A stretch of 56,411 bases of DNA, taken from the NCBI GenBank assembly GCA_041389985.1, contig JAWKQS010000026.1, positions 1-56,411 of the forward strand, read 5' to 3'. Below the pieces are notes generated by a model, which had not been told where the DNA came from, searched no databases, and worked only from the letters and a program-made list of their open reading frames with translations. This DNA is from a bacterium (GTDB taxonomy: Bacteria > Myxococcota_A > Bradymonadia > UBA7976 > UBA1532). Below, piece by piece: positions 1-10,838 of the stretch. Each line of letters begins with the position of its first letter. Within the stretch, counting starts at the first letter, position 1. The translations under genes and the position numbers were made by a program.

Positions 1-3000
1 GCCAGGTGGACGAGGCGACCGACCGCGACGGCGATGGCTACGCGGGCGATGATCCCGACCCGGCCCGGGTCGACTGCGACGACGACAACCCCCGCGTGCA
101 CCCCTTCCGTGGGGAAATCCCCTGTAATGACGTGGATGAAGACTGCGTCGGCGGCGACCGCTGCGTGATGGGCGACCTGGACGGCGATGGCGTCTCGGCC
201 CCCGAGGACTGCGACGACCACGACGCAGGCAGCTTCCCCGGCGCACCCGAGCGCTGCGGGGACGGCATCGATCAGGACTGCCAGGGCGGGGACATGCCCT
301 GCGCCCCCGGCGACACCGATCAAGACGGCTTCGTGGATGGCGACGACTGCGGCGAGGGCGACGCAAGCCGCTACCCGGGGGCGCCCGAGAAGTGCGGCGA
401 CGGCATCGATCAGGACTGCGACGGCGCCGACATGCCGTGCGGGGGCGCCGACGGCGACGGGGATGGCTACCTGGCCCCCGCCGACTGCGCCGACGATGAT
501 CCCCGGGTGGGTCCTGGCGCCGTCGAGCTCTGCGACCGGGTGGACAACGACTGCGACGGCCGCGTCGACGAGGGCAACCCGCTCCAGCTCCCGGGGGGTC
601 CCCTCATGCCGCCCACCTGCGGCACCGATGTGGGCATCTGCCAGACGGGGCCCCATGTCTGCAGCCGCGCCGAGGGGGCGGCAGGCGCCGAGATCCTCTG
701 CCTGGCCATCCCGCCGGCCGAGGAGGTCTGCGATGGCCTCGACAACGACTGCGATGGCACCGTCGACCAGCCTCCGGCCGGCCAGGATCGCCTCGCCGAC
801 GAGGGCGTGGAGCCCTGCGGCCCCGAGCGCGAGGTCGGCGCGTGCCGTCGGGGCCCGCTCTACTGCGCCCAGGGCTCCCTGAGCGCCTGCCGCGGGGCCG
901 TCGAGGGTCTCGACGAGAGCTGCAACTCCCAGGACGACGACTGCGACGGCCGCATCGACGAGGGCGAGGGCGGCGGCGCCCTCACCGAGCCCTGCTTCGA
1001 CGGCGATCCGGCGGCGGCCAGCCAGGGCATCTGCCGGGAGGGCCAGCGGCGCTGCGAGGACGGCGCCTTCACGGCCTGCGAGGGGCAGCTCCTGCCCGCC
1101 GAGGAGGGCTGCAACGACCTGGACGACGACTGCGACGGCCAGGTGGACGAGGGGCTGGCGCAGGCGTGCTACACCTTCGATCCCGCCACCGAGAACGTCG
1201 GCCGCTGCCGGGGCGGCGCCCGCCAGTGCGTCAACGGCCAGTTCGGCGACTGCGAAGGCCAGGTCGGCCCCAGCCCCGAGCTGTGCAACGACCGGGACGA
1301 TGACTGCGACGGCCGCATCGATCAGTTCACCGAGGACTGCTTCGGCGAGGCCGGCCAGGGCCTCGATCCGGCGCTGATCGGGCGCGGCCTCTGCGAGGCG
1401 GGCTTTCGCACCTGCCGCGACGGCGTGGTGGGGGAGTGCGTCGGCGACATCCTCCCCGAGGCCGAGATCTGCGATCGCCTCGACAACGACTGCGATGGAT
1501 CGGCCGACGAAGACTTCGACTTCGTGAACGATCCCGCCAACTGCCGCGAGTGCGGCCGCCGCTGCAACGCGGGCGAGGGCTGCTGCGCCAGCGCCTGCCG
1601 GCCCCTGAACACCCCCGAGAACTGCGGCGCGTGTGGCCGCACCTGCGGCGACGACTCCGATCGCTGCGCCGCGGGGGCCGGGGGGGCCGAGTGCCGGTGC
1701 GGCAACGGCCCCGCCTGCGAGGACGGCCTGCGCTGCATCAACGGCAGCTGCCGGTGTGTCGAGAACACCGACTGCGGCGCGAACGAGCTGTGCTGTGACG
1801 GGGTCTGCCAGGCCACCGATCCGGGCGTGCAGTGCCAGGCCTGTGGCGTCGCCTGCCCCGACGGCCGGGCCAACGACTGCCGCGATCGGACGTGCAGCTG
1901 CGGGGCGGGGGGCGCGTGCCCGCCGGCCACCGTCTGCACCCAGGACGCGGGGCAGGGGCCGTTCCTCTGCCGCGGCTGCGGCAGCAACGCCCAGTGCCCG
2001 GCCGACGCCATCTGCTGCGGCGGCGTCTGCACCCCCAGCTCGGCCGCCGGCAACTGCACCGGGTGCGGGGTCGGCTGCGATCCCGACGTGGCAGACTTCT
2101 GTCAGGGCGCCGAGGAGAGCGTGGCGCGCAGCTGCGTCTGCGGCCAGAACGGCGTGGCCTGCCCCGATCCCCTGGTCTGCGTCTTCGGGCGCAACGCCGG
2201 CGAGGGCCGCTGCGCGGAGTGCCGCAACGACGCCGACTGCGGCGCCAGCTTCCCCGGGCGTCCCCGCTGTGTCGACAACGTCTGCCGGGCCTGCAACCCC
2301 CGCGACCAGGCGCCGTGCGGAAACAACCAGATTTGCTGTGGTTTTCAGTGTGTCGCCACCGGCGCCGGCCCCGGCGCCTCCTGCGAGCAGTGCGGGGTGT
2401 CCTGCGCCCAGGAGCCCACCAACGTCTGCACCGGCCGCACCTGCGGCTGCGGCAACGGCCCGCCCTGCGTCGCCGGCTCGGCCACCCCCCTCTGCGATGA
2501 TCCCCGCGGGGTCTGCGTGCAGTGCCGCACCGACGTGGACTGCGCGGGCAACCCGGCGGGCGGGCAGTGCGTGAACAACCGCTGCGAGGCCTGCGATCCG
2601 GGCGACCAGGCCGGCTGCCTGCGCACCCAGCTCTGCTGCAACGCCGGCGGGCGGCCCGTCTGCCAGGAAGCCAACATCAACGCGCGCCAGTGTGAGAGCT
2701 GCAACAACGACTGCGATCCCCTGGCCACCAACCGCTGCAACCAGCGCGTCTGCCAGTGCGGCAACAACCCGCCCTGCGCCGGCGGTACCCCCGTCTGCGA
2801 TGACGCCGCAGGGGCCTGCGTGGAGTGCACCACCGACGCCCACTGCAACGGCCACGCGCGTGGCAGCCAGTGCGTCGCCAACCGCTGCCAGCCCTGTGAT
2901 CCCGCCGATCACGCCGGCTGCGGTGCCAACCAGCTCTGCTGTGGCGACCTGGCGGCGCCGAGCTGCCAGGCCACCGGCGCGGGGGCAGGCCAGCAGTGCG

Positions 3001-5620
3001 AGAGCTGCGGGGTCGCCTGCGATCCGACCGCCGCCGCCGACCGCTGCACCAACCGAAGCTGCGCCTGCGGCAACGGCGCCGACTGCGGCGGCGCCACGCC
3101 CTACTGCGTCGGCGCGGGCTGCTTCGAGTGCCGCAACAACAACGACTGCCCGGCCAACGAGCTGTGCTGCGGCGGGACGTGCGAGCCCACGGGGGGCGGC
3201 GCCAACGAGCAGTGCGAGGCGTGTGACGTGGCCTGCGACCAGGAGGCCTCCAACCGCTGCGGCAACCGCCGGTGCAGCTGCGGCAACGACGCGGCGTGCG
3301 CGGGCGACCGCCCCATCTGCCGGGAGGACGCCCAGGGCCGGGCCCTCGGCTGCGTGCAGTGCCTCGCCGACGCCGACTGCGCCGACTTCCCGGGCCACCA
3401 GTGCGTGGACTTCAGTGCCGCCCCTGCGACCCCGCCGATCACGCGGGCTGCGACGAGGCGGCCGCGGCCCCCATCTGCGACGCGGCCAACGCGACCTGCC
3501 GCGGCTGCGGGAGCGACGCGGAGTGCGCCGCCCGCCCGGGTCCCCGCAACGAGTGCGTCGGCAGCCGGTGCGAGCGCTGCGATCCGGCGAACAACGCGGG
3601 CTGCCCGCCCGAGTCGCCCATCTGCGACCCCATGAACCTGTCGTGCCGCGCCTGCGCCAACGACGGCGAGTGCGGCGGGGCGCAGCAGTGCGTGGCCGGT
3701 CGCTGCCGCGGCTGTGACCCGGCGACGGACGAGCCCTGCAACGGGGTCACGCCCATCTGCGGCGTCGACTTCGTCTGCCGCGCCTGCGGGGCCGACGGCG
3801 AGTGCCTCGACAAGCCGGGCAACGAGAACGAGTGCGTCGACGGCCTGTGCCGCACCTGCGATCCGACGGGCCACGCCGGGTGCCAGGCGGGCGAATTGTG
3901 CTGTGGTTTCCGGTGTGTTCCCGTTGCGCTCGATAGCTGCCAGGCCTGCAACGTGGCCTGCGATGCCAACGCCGCCGACGCCTGCGCCGACCGGTCGTGC
4001 CGCTGCGGCGACGGCGCCGCGTGCGCTGGTCAGACGCCGTTCTGCGACGCCGGAAGCTGTGTGGGTTGCCGCGACGACCAGGACTGCGCGGCCGGCCGCC
4101 CCGAGTGCGTGGGGGAGCAGTGCGAACGCTGTGATCCCGTGGACGACGCGGGCTGCAACCCCGACGGCGTGACGCCCAACTGCGACGCCGGCAGCCTGAG
4201 CTGCCAGGGCTGCCGGGTCGACGCCGACTGCGCCGGCAACCGCAACGGTGGCCAGTGCCAGGCGGACGGCTCCTGCGGCGCCTGTGATCCTCGCGACAAC
4301 GCCGGCTGCAGCGGCCGGACGCCCATCTGCCAGGCGGGCGCCGATCCGGTCTGCCGGGCCTGCGGGACGGACCAGGAGTGCGGCGGCAACAACCAGTGCG
4401 TGCGGGCGGGGGCCCTCACCGGCGCCTGCGGCCAGTGCGATCCGGCCGACGGCGCCGGGTGCAACGCCAACAGCGCCACCCCGATCTGCGACGCCGCCAC
4501 CGCCCGCTGCCGGGCGTGCGCCGCCAACGCCGAGTGCACCGATCCGGCCAGCCCCGCCTGCGTGGCGGGCGGCTCCTGCAAGGCCTGCAACCCCGCCAAC
4601 TCCTTCGGCTGCAACCCGGCGTCGACGACGCCCATCTGCGAAAACGCCCAGAATCCGCGATGTTCCGCGTGTCGGGATGACGCGCAGTGCGCCGCGCTGC
4701 CCCAGAGCCCGGGCGGGCAGTGCATCGGCGCCGGGGCCGCCACCGGCTCCTGCCAGGAGTGCGATCCGGTGGGCGGCGCGGGCTGCGTGCTGGCCAGCCC
4801 CACGCCCACCTGCGACCCCACGGACTTCTCGTGCCGCGGCTGCCAGAACAACGCCGAGTGTCGGGCGCCGCAGCCGTTCTGCGTGGGCGCGCAGTGCAAG
4901 CAGTGCGTCACCGCGGCGAGCTGCGCGGGCCAGATCTGCCAGAACAACACGTGCGCCAACTGCGCCCAGAACGCCGACTGCGCGGGTCACCCCCTGGGCG
5001 GCGTGTGCGGGGCCGCCCAGGCGGGCCGGTGCGGGTGCAACGCCGCAGCCGACTGCGCCGGCACCGCCTGCGTCGCCCAGGCCTGCGTCCTCTGCGTCGC
5101 GAACGGCGACTGCGCCGGCAACCCCTTCGGCGCCGTGTGCGGGGCCGCCGTGCCCGGGGTCTGCGGCTGCGACGACGCCAGCGACTGCAACGGCCGCACC
5201 TGCCAGGGCGGGAGCTGCGTGCCCTGCGGTGACGACGCGGACTGCGTCGGCAACCCGGCGGGCCCGGTCTGCCAGATCGCCGACGGCGGCACCTGCGGCT
5301 GCAGCCAGGACGCCGAGTGCGGCGGCCTGCTCTGCACCGCGGGCCGCTGCCAGCCCTGCGTGAACGATGGCGACTGCGCCGGCCACCCCCGCGGCCCGAA
5401 CTGCGGCGCCGCGGCGGCCGGTGAGTGTGGCTGTGCCCAGGACGATGAGTGCGGGCTGCAGGTCTGCGACCAGGGGGCCTGCACCCCCTGCGCAGCCAAC
5501 GCGGACTGCGTCGGCCACCCCGCCGGGGCCATCTGCGGCGCGGCCCAGGCCGGGGCCTGCGGCTGCAACGCCAACGGCGACTGCGGAGCCGGCGCGTGCG
5601 TGGACAACCGGTGCCAGTAG
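1..5620 (+). CDS. Giant secreted cysteine-rich repeat protein, 5'-partial (runs off the window start, no signal peptide seen). The N-terminal ~500 aa are MopE-like putative metal-binding repeats (DxDGDG...[27 protein letters not shown]). The rest is dozens of CxxC/CGCGNGxxC 'Myxococcus cysteine-rich repeat'-type units. There is one apparent -1 frameshift near 3410 (ORFs 6..3635 and 3272..5620 join).
   Basis: ORF 6..3635 reads a regular Cys repeat until ...QCVDF, then becomes Pro/Ala/Arg junk. Frame 2 resumes the repeat ...[24 protein letters not shown]3 is high in the proposed frames. Stop TAG at 5618-5620. Confidence 0.7.
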
Positions 5621-8600
5621 CCCGCCGCCTCGCCCTCGGCCTGCTCGCGGGCCTCGCGTCGTGCGCGACGGACGAGGCCCGCGCCTCGATCTCGTGGTCG
5701 GCGCGGGCGAGCGGGTGGGGTCGGTGCAGGCCATCGTCTTCTTTCTGCGGGTGGGAGACGGGGCCGACCGGGCCGTGGGCGCCAGCGTCTTCGACCTGGC
5801 CCAGCAGGGGGTGGATCTCACCGCCGGCCCCCTGAACATCGGCCTGCGGGCCCCCGATGACGTCCAGGGGCAGGTCACGGTCTATGCCGTGGGCTGCGCC
5901 GGGGCCATCACCTGCCGCGATGACGACCCCGTCGTCGTCCCGACCTGCCGGTGCGACCAGCCGGTGGCCCTCGGCGCCGTGCGGGGCGAGGTCAGCGGCG
6001 TGACGCGGCTGGCGCTGCAGCTCGAGCCCTTCGCGCCCGGCTGCGACCTCGATGGCGACCTCTTCGTCGCCTGCACCCGGGGCGAGGTGGACACCGGGTG
6101 CTGCGTCGGCCTGCCGGCGGCGGCGGCCGCCGCCGTGAACGACTGCCACGACCTCCCGCGGCCCGCCGACTGCGCGGCCCGCGGCTGCGACGCCGCCACC
6201 GCCCACCCCTTCCGGCCGGCCGAGCTGCCCGGCGAGCAGGCCACCACCGACCTCCAGCGCCGCCGCCACCTGGCCTGGTGCGACGATGGCCTGGACAACG
6301 ACTGCCGGGGCGAGGCGGACGTCCCCTGCGCCGAGGTCGACGCCGACGGCGACGGCTCGCCCGCCGCCCAGGACTGCGATGACGCCGATCCCCGGCGCTT
6401 CCCGGGCAACCCCGAGATCTGCGCCGACGGCATCGACCAGGACTGCGACCAGTCCGACCCGCCCTGCGACGCCGACGGGGACGGGGTCTACGCGGAGCGC
6501 GACTGCGACGACAACGATCCTCGCCGCTTCCCGGGCAACGCCGAGATCTGCGGCAACGGCATCGACGACGACTGCGATGGCCGCGACCCGGTCTGCATCT
6601 CGTCGGATCTGGACGGCGACGGCTTCCTCTGCGCCATCGAGCCGCGCTGGTCCCCGCACGTCTGCATGGGCGTGGGCGCCGACGGCCAGCCCCTCGACTG
6701 CGACGACCTGGACGCCGGCATCCACCCCGGGGCCACCGAGCGCTGCAACGACCGCGACGACGACTGCGACCAGCTCATCGACGAGGGCTGCCCGGGACCG
6801 GACGTCGACGCCGACCGAGACGGCGTCCCCGCCGTGGATCGGGGCGGCACCGACTGCAACGATGCCGATCCGACCATCCACCCGGGCGCTCCCGAGCGCT
6901 GCGGCGACGCGATCGACCAGGACCATGACGGCCGCGACGACGCCTGCGCGGCCGACGGCGACGGGGATGGTTTCGCGGGAGCCGCCGACTGCGACGACAC
7001 CGCGCCAGCGTCCGCCCCGAGGCCCCGAGGTGGTGCAACGGCATCGACGACGACTGCGACGGCACCGTGGACAGGGAGCAGCCGCCCCAACCACCTCGGC
7101 CGACGATCCGGCCCGCGAGGCGCGCTGCGGCAGCCCCTGCCTGGGCGTCGCCTGCGCCTGCCTGCTGGCGCCCCTGGTCTGCTCCACCAACGGGCGCCCG
7201 AGCAACGCCGTCGAGCCGGCCGATCGCTTCGTGTGCCTCGGGGTGGTGGCCGACGAGGTCGCCGAGCGCTGCAACGGCATCGATGACGACTGCGATGGCA
7301 CCCTGGACGAGCGCACCGAGATCGCGTGCCACACCTACGCCGACGCCTCGGTCAACGTGGGCATCTGCCGGGAGGGCCTGGCCTGGTGCAGCGCCTCCGA
7401 GGGCGCCGGCATGGAGCAAAGGCGCGCCTGCGAAGAGGAAATCTCCCCCCAGGAGGAGACGTGCAACGCCCAGGACGACGACTGCGACACCCGGGTCGAC
7501 GAGCGGCCGGAGGGCGGTCCCCTGGAGCGACGGTGCTTCCCCAGCTATCCCGGCTTCGACTCGGCCCGCCCCGGCAACGGCCCCTGCCGCCGCGGCACCG
7601 AGACCTGCGGCGGGGGCGCCTGGGGGCCTGTGTCGGCGCCACGGGCCCGTCTCCGGGACGTCTGCAACGGCTCGACGACGACTGCGACGGCCGCCAGGAC
7701 GAGACGTGGCGGGTCGGTGATCCCTGCCAGGTGGGGGTGGGCGCCTGCCTGCGCCGCGCCACCATCGTCTGCCAGCCCGACGGCACCAGCGACTGCGGCG
7801 CTCAGCCCGGCCGCCCGGCCATGAGACCTGCAATGGCATCGACGACGACTGCGATGGCGCCACCGACGAGGGCTTCGGCCTGGGTGACGCCTGCACCGTA
7901 GGGGTGGGGAGTGTCTGCGGCTTGCTCATCTTAGCGGGGCGGCCAGCCTGGCTGCGGCGTCCAGCCCCCGCAACCCCGGCAGCTTGAGGTCTGCGACGGC
8001 AACGACGACTGCGACGGCATGACCGACGAGGCGTGCTCCAACGCCTGCGGCATGTGCGGCGCGGTCCCCGCCGAGCGCTGCGACAACCGCGACAACGACT
8101 GCGATGGCAGCGTGGACGAGACCTTCGACGTCGGCGATCCTGCCTGGCAAGCCCGGGCGGGGGCTCTGACGCCGGGCGTCCAGCGTCTGCCGGCAGGATG
8201 GCACCGCGCGGTGCAACGCGATGCCGGGCGCGCCCGGCATGGAGGCCTGCAACGGCGAGGACGACGACTGCGATGGCCGCACCGACGAGGGCTTCGCGAA
8301 TGTGCCGGAGCTGTGCAACGGCATCGACGACAACTGCAACGGCACCGTCGACGAGCGGCCTCGGGGGGAGGGCGATGCCTGCGACACCGGCGAGCCCGGC
8401 GCCTGCGGGGCGGGCGTGCAGACCTGCCGGGACGGCCGGCTCACCTGCCCCCAGAGCATCAGCCCCATCGCCGAGCGCTGCGACACCCTCGACAACGACT
8501 GCGATGGCCGCACCGACGAGGGCTTCGGCGAGGAGGTCGAGCGCTGCAACGGCGTGGACGACAACTGCAACGGCGCCACCGACGAGGGCACCTGCATGGG

Positions 8601-8709
8601 CGGGCGCGCCGACGCCTGCGCCGGCATGCGCGGCTGCATCTGCACCGCGACCGGGGCCATCTGCCCCGACGGCCAGGTCTGCGGCATGGAGGGCTGCGCG
8701 CCGCCCTGA
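5611..8709 (+). CDS. Second MopE-like cysteine-rich repeat lipoprotein. The GTG start overlaps the stop of the upstream gene. The signal is [18 protein letters not shown] (lipobox). The reading frame is broken at least 6 times (near 5685, 7015, 7085, 7640, 7905 and 8150-8220), so this is either a pseudogene or heavy indel error in repeat DNA.
   Basis: Lipoprotein signal in frame 1. The repeat CDDxDPxxxPGxxExCxDGIDxDCDG then continues successively in frames 3, 2, 1, 3 and 2 (ORFs 5367..7286, 7067..7720, 6286..7824, 7326..7901, 8019.., 8221..8709). The C-terminal segment 8221..8709 ends ...GMEGCAPP*. Confidence 0.45.
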
Positions 8710-8865
8710 CCCGCCCGATGACGCGAATCCCGATTGAAATCAGGCACCTGGCCATGGGCCCGGGCCACCGCCCGATCGGCCTGGGGGGGGCGCGTGACTT
8801 CCCCCTCGTTTCGGGCTAGAACCCAGGACACCGGGTGCCCGCGCACCCCCGGTCCGGACGAGGTC

Positions 8866-10713
8866 ATGGAGCAGTCCGGCAGCCCCAACTTCGGTCGCTA
8901 CCGCCTCCTGCGCCGCCTGGGCCAGGGGGGCATGGCCGAGGTGTATCTGGCGGAGGTGGCTGGCCTCGGCCAGTTCCGCAAGCGCATCGCCATCAAGCGC
9001 CTGCTGCCCCACTACGCCGCCAACGAGCGCTTCGTCTCCATGCTGCGCGACGAAGCCAAGATCGCGGCGGCCATCCGCCACCCCCATGTGGCGGCCGTGC
9101 TCGACTTCGGCGAGGTCGAGGGCCAGCACTACATCGCCATGGAGTACATCCACGGCGTCGACCTGGCGACGGTGCTGCGCACGCTGCGCGATCGCGACCA
9201 GCTCATGCCCATCGCCGCGGCCGTCTACGTAGCCCGCTGCGTGGCCGAGGGCCTCGAGGCCGCCCACAGCCTGCGCGACGCCTCCACCGGCAAGGCCCTG
9301 GCGGTCATCCACCGCGACGTCAGCCCCCACAACATCCTGGTGTCGTTCGAGGGGGCGGTGAAGCTGATCGACTTCGGCGTCGCCAAGGCCGAGAACAACA
9401 GCACCAAGACCCGCAGCGGCGTCATCAAGGGCAAGCTGCAGTACATGAGCCCCGAGCAGGCCCAGGCCCACGAGGTCGATGGCCGCTCCGACGTCTTCTC
9501 CCTGGGGATGACGCTCTACAAGCTGCTCACGGGGCGCCTGCCCTTCACGGGCCGCAACGAGTACCAGATCTACGACCAGATCCTGCGCAAGGAGCCCTCG
9601 CCGCCGCGCGCGTTCGTCCCCGAGCTCCCCGAGCGCATCGACGCGGTGGTCACCCGGGCGCTGCGCAAGGACCCGGAGCGCCGCTTCCAGAGCGCCGCCG
9701 AGATGGCCCGCGTGCTCCAGCTCAGCCTGTGGGACGTGGATCCCGAGTATGGCCCCCATGAGCTGGCGGCCCTGCTCCATGAGATCGCGCCCTCCAGCGA
9801 GGACTACGACCACGAGGTCGACGACGACTTCGGGACGGCCGACGGCAGCCCGCCCGTGGAGGTCGCGCCCCTCGCCGAGGAGGAGGTCGACCGGCTCACG
9901 CGGGTGGGGCCGGCGGTCGCCGAGCCCGAGCTGCACGAGACGCAGGCCATGGCCCTGCACGATCCCGGCGCCCAGACGCAGGTCAGCCTGGAGTCGCTGC
10001 CCGCCACGGCGGTAGTGGCGACGGGGGATGCCTGGCCCGAGGAGGCCCTGGCCACGTTCCACGGCGCCGTGACGCAGATCCACCAGGCCCCCGAGGCGCC
10101 GCCCGAGCCGGCCATCATCACCACCGCCGAGCGCGCCGTGCCCGCGCCGTCGCGGCGGGGTGGGTGGGTGCTCCTCCTCGTCGCCCTCAGCGGCATCGCC
10201 GCCGCGCTGCTGTTCTCGCTGCTGCACCCCGACGCGGGCGACCGCCGCCCGGACGCCGAGCTGCGGCCCGCCGTGGTGCTCCCGGAGGCGGCGCGCCCGG
10301 ACGCCGCGGTCGCCGACGCCGAGCCCATCGTCGACGCCGCGCCTCGCGCCGCGGCGCCTGGCACCGCCGAGCCGGCCGCGGCCGACGCCGGCCTCCCCGA
10401 TGCAGCCCCGCCCGCAGAGCCCGACGCCGCCCCTCCCGCCCTCGACGCGGCCCCGCCCGACGCTGGCGCCGCCGCCCCCGCCACCCGGGCCATCCAGCGG
10501 CGGCCGTCCCGGGGCTACCTGACGGTCAACGCGCTGCCATGGGCCAACGTCGAGGTGGACGGGCGCCGCCTGCGCACCCGCACCCCCATCCGCCGCCACC
10601 CGCTGCCGGCCGGCACCCACCTCATCCGCCTCATCGGCCCCGACGGCCAGAGCTGGTCGAAGCGCGTCACGGTCCGGGGCGGCCGCGAGACGAACCTGGG
10701 CCACAAGTTCTAG
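8866..10713 (+). CDS. Ser/Thr protein kinase with a Pro/Ala-rich linker, one TM helix (GGWVLLLVALSGIAAALLFSLL) and a C-terminal PEGA domain.
   Basis: Kinase motifs: GxGxxAEV, AIK, HRDVSPHN, DFG, SPEQ. ATG at 8866 is preceded by GGACGAGG. The ORF-track start at 8734 is an N-terminal over-extension. C-terminus RGYLTVNALPWANVEVDG...GTHLIRLIGPDG is PEGA-like. Confidence 0.85.
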   Translation: MEQSGSPNFGRYRLLRRLGQGGMAEVYLAEVAGLGQFRKRIAIKRLLPHYAANERFVSMLRDEAKIAAAIRHPHVAAVLDFGEVEGQHYIAMEYIHGVDLATVLRTLRDRDQLMPIAAAVYVARCVAEGLEAAHSLRDASTGKALAVIHRDVSPHNILVSFEGAVKLIDFGVAKAENNSTKTRSGVIKGKLQYMSPEQAQAHEVDGRSDVFSLGMTLYKLLTGRLPFTGRNEYQIYDQILRKEPSPPRAFVPELPERIDAVVTRALRKDPERRFQSAAEMARVLQLSLWDVDPEYGPHELAALLHEIAPSSEDYDHEVDDDFGTADGSPPVEVAPLAEEEVDRLTRVGPAVAEPELHETQAMALHDPGAQTQVSLESLPATAVVATGDAWPEEALATFHGAVTQIHQAPEAPPEPAIITTAERAVPAPSRRGGWVLLLVALSGIAAALLFSLLHPDAGDRRPDAELRPAVVLPEAARPDAAVADAEPIVDAAPRAAAPGTAEPAAADAGLPDAAPPAEPDAAPPALDAAPPDAGAAAPATRAIQRRPSRGYLTVNALPWANVEVDGRRLRTRTPIRRHPLPAGTHLIRLIGPDGQSWSKRVTVRGGRETNLGHKF

Positions 10714-10814
10714 CTGGACCTGGGCGCCCTGCGGCGCCCACGCCCTGCGCCCGCCCCGCGGCCACCCATGCTGCGCCGCAGCAGCCCCCGCGCCAAGCAT
10801 GTTGCAATGCAGCA

Positions 10815-10838
10815 TCTAGCCTCGCTATCGTGCTCTCC
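10815..10838 (+). promoter_or_regulatory. Candidate sigma70-like promoter for the esterase gene: TTGCAA, about 18 nt, then TATCGT, in a locally low-GC intergenic patch.
   Basis: Sequence tgTTGCAAtgcagcatctagcctcgcTATCGTgctctccATG. The GC drop is local. Confidence 0.2.

Noticed and set aside
3101-5878. 925-aa minus-strand ORF rich in A/G/R/V, antisense to the cysteine-rich gene. It is one of dozens of long overlapping ORFs such as 187..882, 1633..2574, 4908..7334, 6775..7929, 32543..35608 and 45017..47182.
   Set aside because: High-GC genomes lack stop codons in off-frames. These products are low-complexity Pro/Ala/Arg/Gly strings with no motifs and low GC3. They always mirror a well-supported gene on the other strand or frame.
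7900-8220. Possible intergenic gap or separate genes between the cysteine-rich gene fragments.
   Set aside because: MopE-type repeat units ([17 protein letters not shown]..., [15 protein letters not shown]..., [16 protein letters not shown]...) remain readable in shifting frames right through this stretch. That makes one disrupted gene more likely than several small ones.
8734-8865. Longer N-terminus for the first kinase (MKSGTWPWARATARSAWGG...).
   Set aside because: This segment is low-complexity and lies before a good RBS plus ATG at 8866, where the canonical kinase subdomain I begins.
10714-10838. Possible small RNA or riboswitch in the 125-bp gap before the esterase.
   Set aside because: There are only short imperfect palindromes and no conserved-looking structure. 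A promoter interpretation suffices.
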